A stretch of DNA of 29,075 nt from a virus. Taxonomy: Duplodnaviria > Caudoviricetes. Under the pieces are notes generated by a model that searched no databases, was not told the DNA's origin, and saw only the letters and a program-made list of their open reading frames with translations. Positions 27,272-29,075 of this stretch are shown in pieces. A program made the translations under genes and the position numbers. Position 1 is the first letter of the stretch; every line of letters starts with the position of its first letter. The DNA is taken from positions 1 to 29,075 of IMG/VR virus record IMGVR_UViG_3300034989_000049; one strand, 5' to 3'.

Positions 27272-27513
27272 CGCTTATTGAGGAAAGACAAATACAATCG
27301 CTCAAAGATACATATAAAGGTGCGTATCATTATCGCCATGTAGAAAAAATCATCGCGACGTTAGAACCTAATTATTTAAAAAAAAAGGCTAAAGATGTAC
27401 TCAGTGCCCTTTATGAATTTTTTCCAGAAGATACTTTCTTTCTGGATGAATTAAGAAAAAAGTTAGAAAAAATAAAAGCAATACCAAGGAAAGAATGTGA
27501 AAAACACAATTAG
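27268..27513 (+). CDS. Hypothetical protein
   Basis: AAGGA RBS; adjoins the upstream stop. Confidence 0.65.
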   Translation: MTLIEERQIQSLKDTYKGAYHYRHVEKIIATLEPNYLKKKAKDVLSALYEFFPEDTFFLDELRKKLEKIKAIPRKECEKHN

Positions 27514-27856
27514 AGCCATTAAGGCTCTTGAAGAACACATAAAAAAAGGGAATGTTCCATATGAAGTAACAGAAGCCATGAGAGAAGTAGTGTCAACATT
27601 TGTAACAGAAACTATTAAGATGATAGAATTTAGAGCCAAGAAAGAAAAGGACGACGCTACACCCCCAGAAAGAAAAGCTGGTTTACTTTTATCGATTGCA
27701 TATCTTCTGAAAGATGCGCGACCATATGAACGCGAAATACGAGCATTTAATAAAGAACCACGCTATGTAGCATGGCTTGATAAGCACTATGAAAAAGTTA
27801 CAGAACTGGAAATGCAAGAAAGACAACGATATAAAAATAAGAGATCATCTATCTAA
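27497..27856 (+). CDS. Hypothetical protein
   Basis: AAGGA RBS, GTG start, helical 119 aa. Confidence 0.7.
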   Translation: MKNTIRAIKALEEHIKKGNVPYEVTEAMREVVSTFVTETIKMIEFRAKKEKDDATPPERKAGLLLSIAYLLKDARPYEREIRAFNKEPRYVAWLDKHYEKVTELEMQERQRYKNKRSSI

Positions 27857-28162
27857 AAAACTTAGGTAACTGTTCGCAATTATAAAACCCCCAACATCCA
27901 GTAAAAAATTCAAACACTCTCAAGTCGTGTTCCATTGGTGGACTATTTTATAACTTATTCTTTTGAAAATTTTAAATCCTTTGAAATAAAGTCAATCATT
28001 GATAACATGAGTATCAATCAATAAAAAAGGTGCTTGCAGGTAGGATATTGCTTGGTAAAAAATTAAAACATATATTTTTTAATCGCAGAAATTGCCTTAA
28101 AGTAAATTTTGTCTTGACGAATTAACCAAATTTAGTAAATTCAATCTTTGGGAGTATAAATT

Positions 28163-28471
28163 ATGAAAAAAACATTTGGCGAAAAAATTCAGGCTTATAG
28201 ACGGGGAAAAGGGTGGACTGTAAAACAGTTCATTGAAAAACTTGGAAATGATTTATCCCCTTCTTATGTCACTAAAATTGAAGTGCATGGTGAAATTCCT
28301 AGTCCTGAGTTAATTTGCAAAATAGCAGACGTTTTTGGGATAAAAGAGCAAGAATTACTTGAGGATGCAAAAGAGATAAAAGTTCAACAATTTGAAGATG
28401 GATTAAGTAAAAAGTATCAGCGAGCAGTTGGATTATATCGATTACAACGGAGAAAAAAGGGAGATGGATAA
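28163..28471 (+). CDS. XRE-family HTH regulator
   Basis: FGEKIQAYR..KGWT...LSPSYVTKIE....PS.ELICKIADVFG; GGGAG RBS; TTGACG-N16-TAAATT upstream. Confidence 0.85.
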   Translation: MKKTFGEKIQAYRRGKGWTVKQFIEKLGNDLSPSYVTKIEVHGEIPSPELICKIADVFGIKEQELLEDAKEIKVQQFEDGLSKKYQRAVGLYRLQRRKKGDG

Positions 28472-28718
28472 GCTGTATAGTTTTATGCCTGAAGTAATTG
28501 CTAATCAATGTTTGATAAAATATATAGCTGAAAAAAAATGGAAATTTTTTGATGATATTATAGTTAATGTACAAGAAATTTATGATTATGTTGTTTATCC
28601 AATGTGTGAGTTTCGCTTAATTACAGATATTGATTTAGGGGATGAAAAAGGTAAGAGGAATTCAAATACTCAAGCAAAGCTTCTTTTGCTTCAACTAAAA
28701 GCTGTCTATCTTGATTAA
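28464..28718 (+). pseudogene. Possible truncated ImmA/IrrE-like protein (N-terminus only)
   Basis: Coupled to the XRE gene; no HExxH motif; the 3' part overlaps a convergent ORF by about 98 bp. Confidence 0.35.
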
Positions 28719-28875
28719 CTAGTATAAGAATTGTTTGAAAAACTTGCTCAAAACACTTATCTTTCTTTAGCAAGTCAAAGATTTCAAAACTATTTAAAAG
28801 TAGAATTGTTCCAGATTTTGTCTCTTGAGAATTTTTGATTAATGTTCTAAGCTTGTCTTGAGTTGAAAATATCAT
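28621..28875 (-). CDS. Hypothetical protein, possibly truncated
   Basis: AAGGAAG RBS before ATG 28875; convergent overlap with 28464-28718. Confidence 0.45.
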   Translation of the reverse strand: MIFSTQDKLRTLIKNSQETKSGTILLLNSFEIFDLLKKDKCFEQVFQTILILVNQDRQLLVEAKEALLEYLNSSYLFHPLNQYL

Positions 28876-28948
28876 AGTACTGCTTCCTTTTTTTTGTGTT
28901 TAAATAAAAGAGTACAGTATACTATGATATTTTCTTTTTATACAAATT

Positions 28949-29075
28949 GAACAGGAACAAAAAATGCAGCCAATGAATCCAAAGACATAAAAAGAACAGA
29001 TGTGCGTCCCTGTAATTTAAGGGTAGAATATTGCACTTTCGATGCAATTGTCTCGGTTCGAATCCGGGTGGGGAC
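28949..29075. repeat. Terminal direct repeat, right copy (includes tRNA-Glu 29006-29075)
   Basis: Identical to 1-127. Confidence 0.95.

Overview
AT-rich, phage-derived contig that closes into a circle of about 28,948 bp (1-127 is repeated exactly at 28949-29075, most likely an assembler k-mer overlap). It carries a podovirus-type virion module: tRNA-Glu(TTC), scaffold, N4-gp56-like major capsid protein, FCCH-domain structural protein, adaptor, tail nozzle, three ejection-like proteins, an opposite-strand RHH regulator, two large repetitive fibres and a beta-propeller tip. Next come a secreted Hint-domain polymorphic toxin with a probable immunity gene, basic mini-proteins, an ERF recombinase, divergent early genes and an XRE/truncated-ImmA-like end. 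I recognise no terminase, intact portal, replication enzyme, integrase or endolysin; only what may be the last ~15 codons of a portal survive at the junction. The best candidates for new biology are: (1) a tandem array of three pseudoknot units, with an internal compensatory change, in the capsid-gene leader; (2) the packaging-less circular virion module; (3) the Cys1-less Hint toxin/immunity pair; (4) an orphan IS200/IS605 end hairpin. All family calls come from motif recognition by eye, not database searches. A Dependentiae/Chlamydiae-like host is only an inference.
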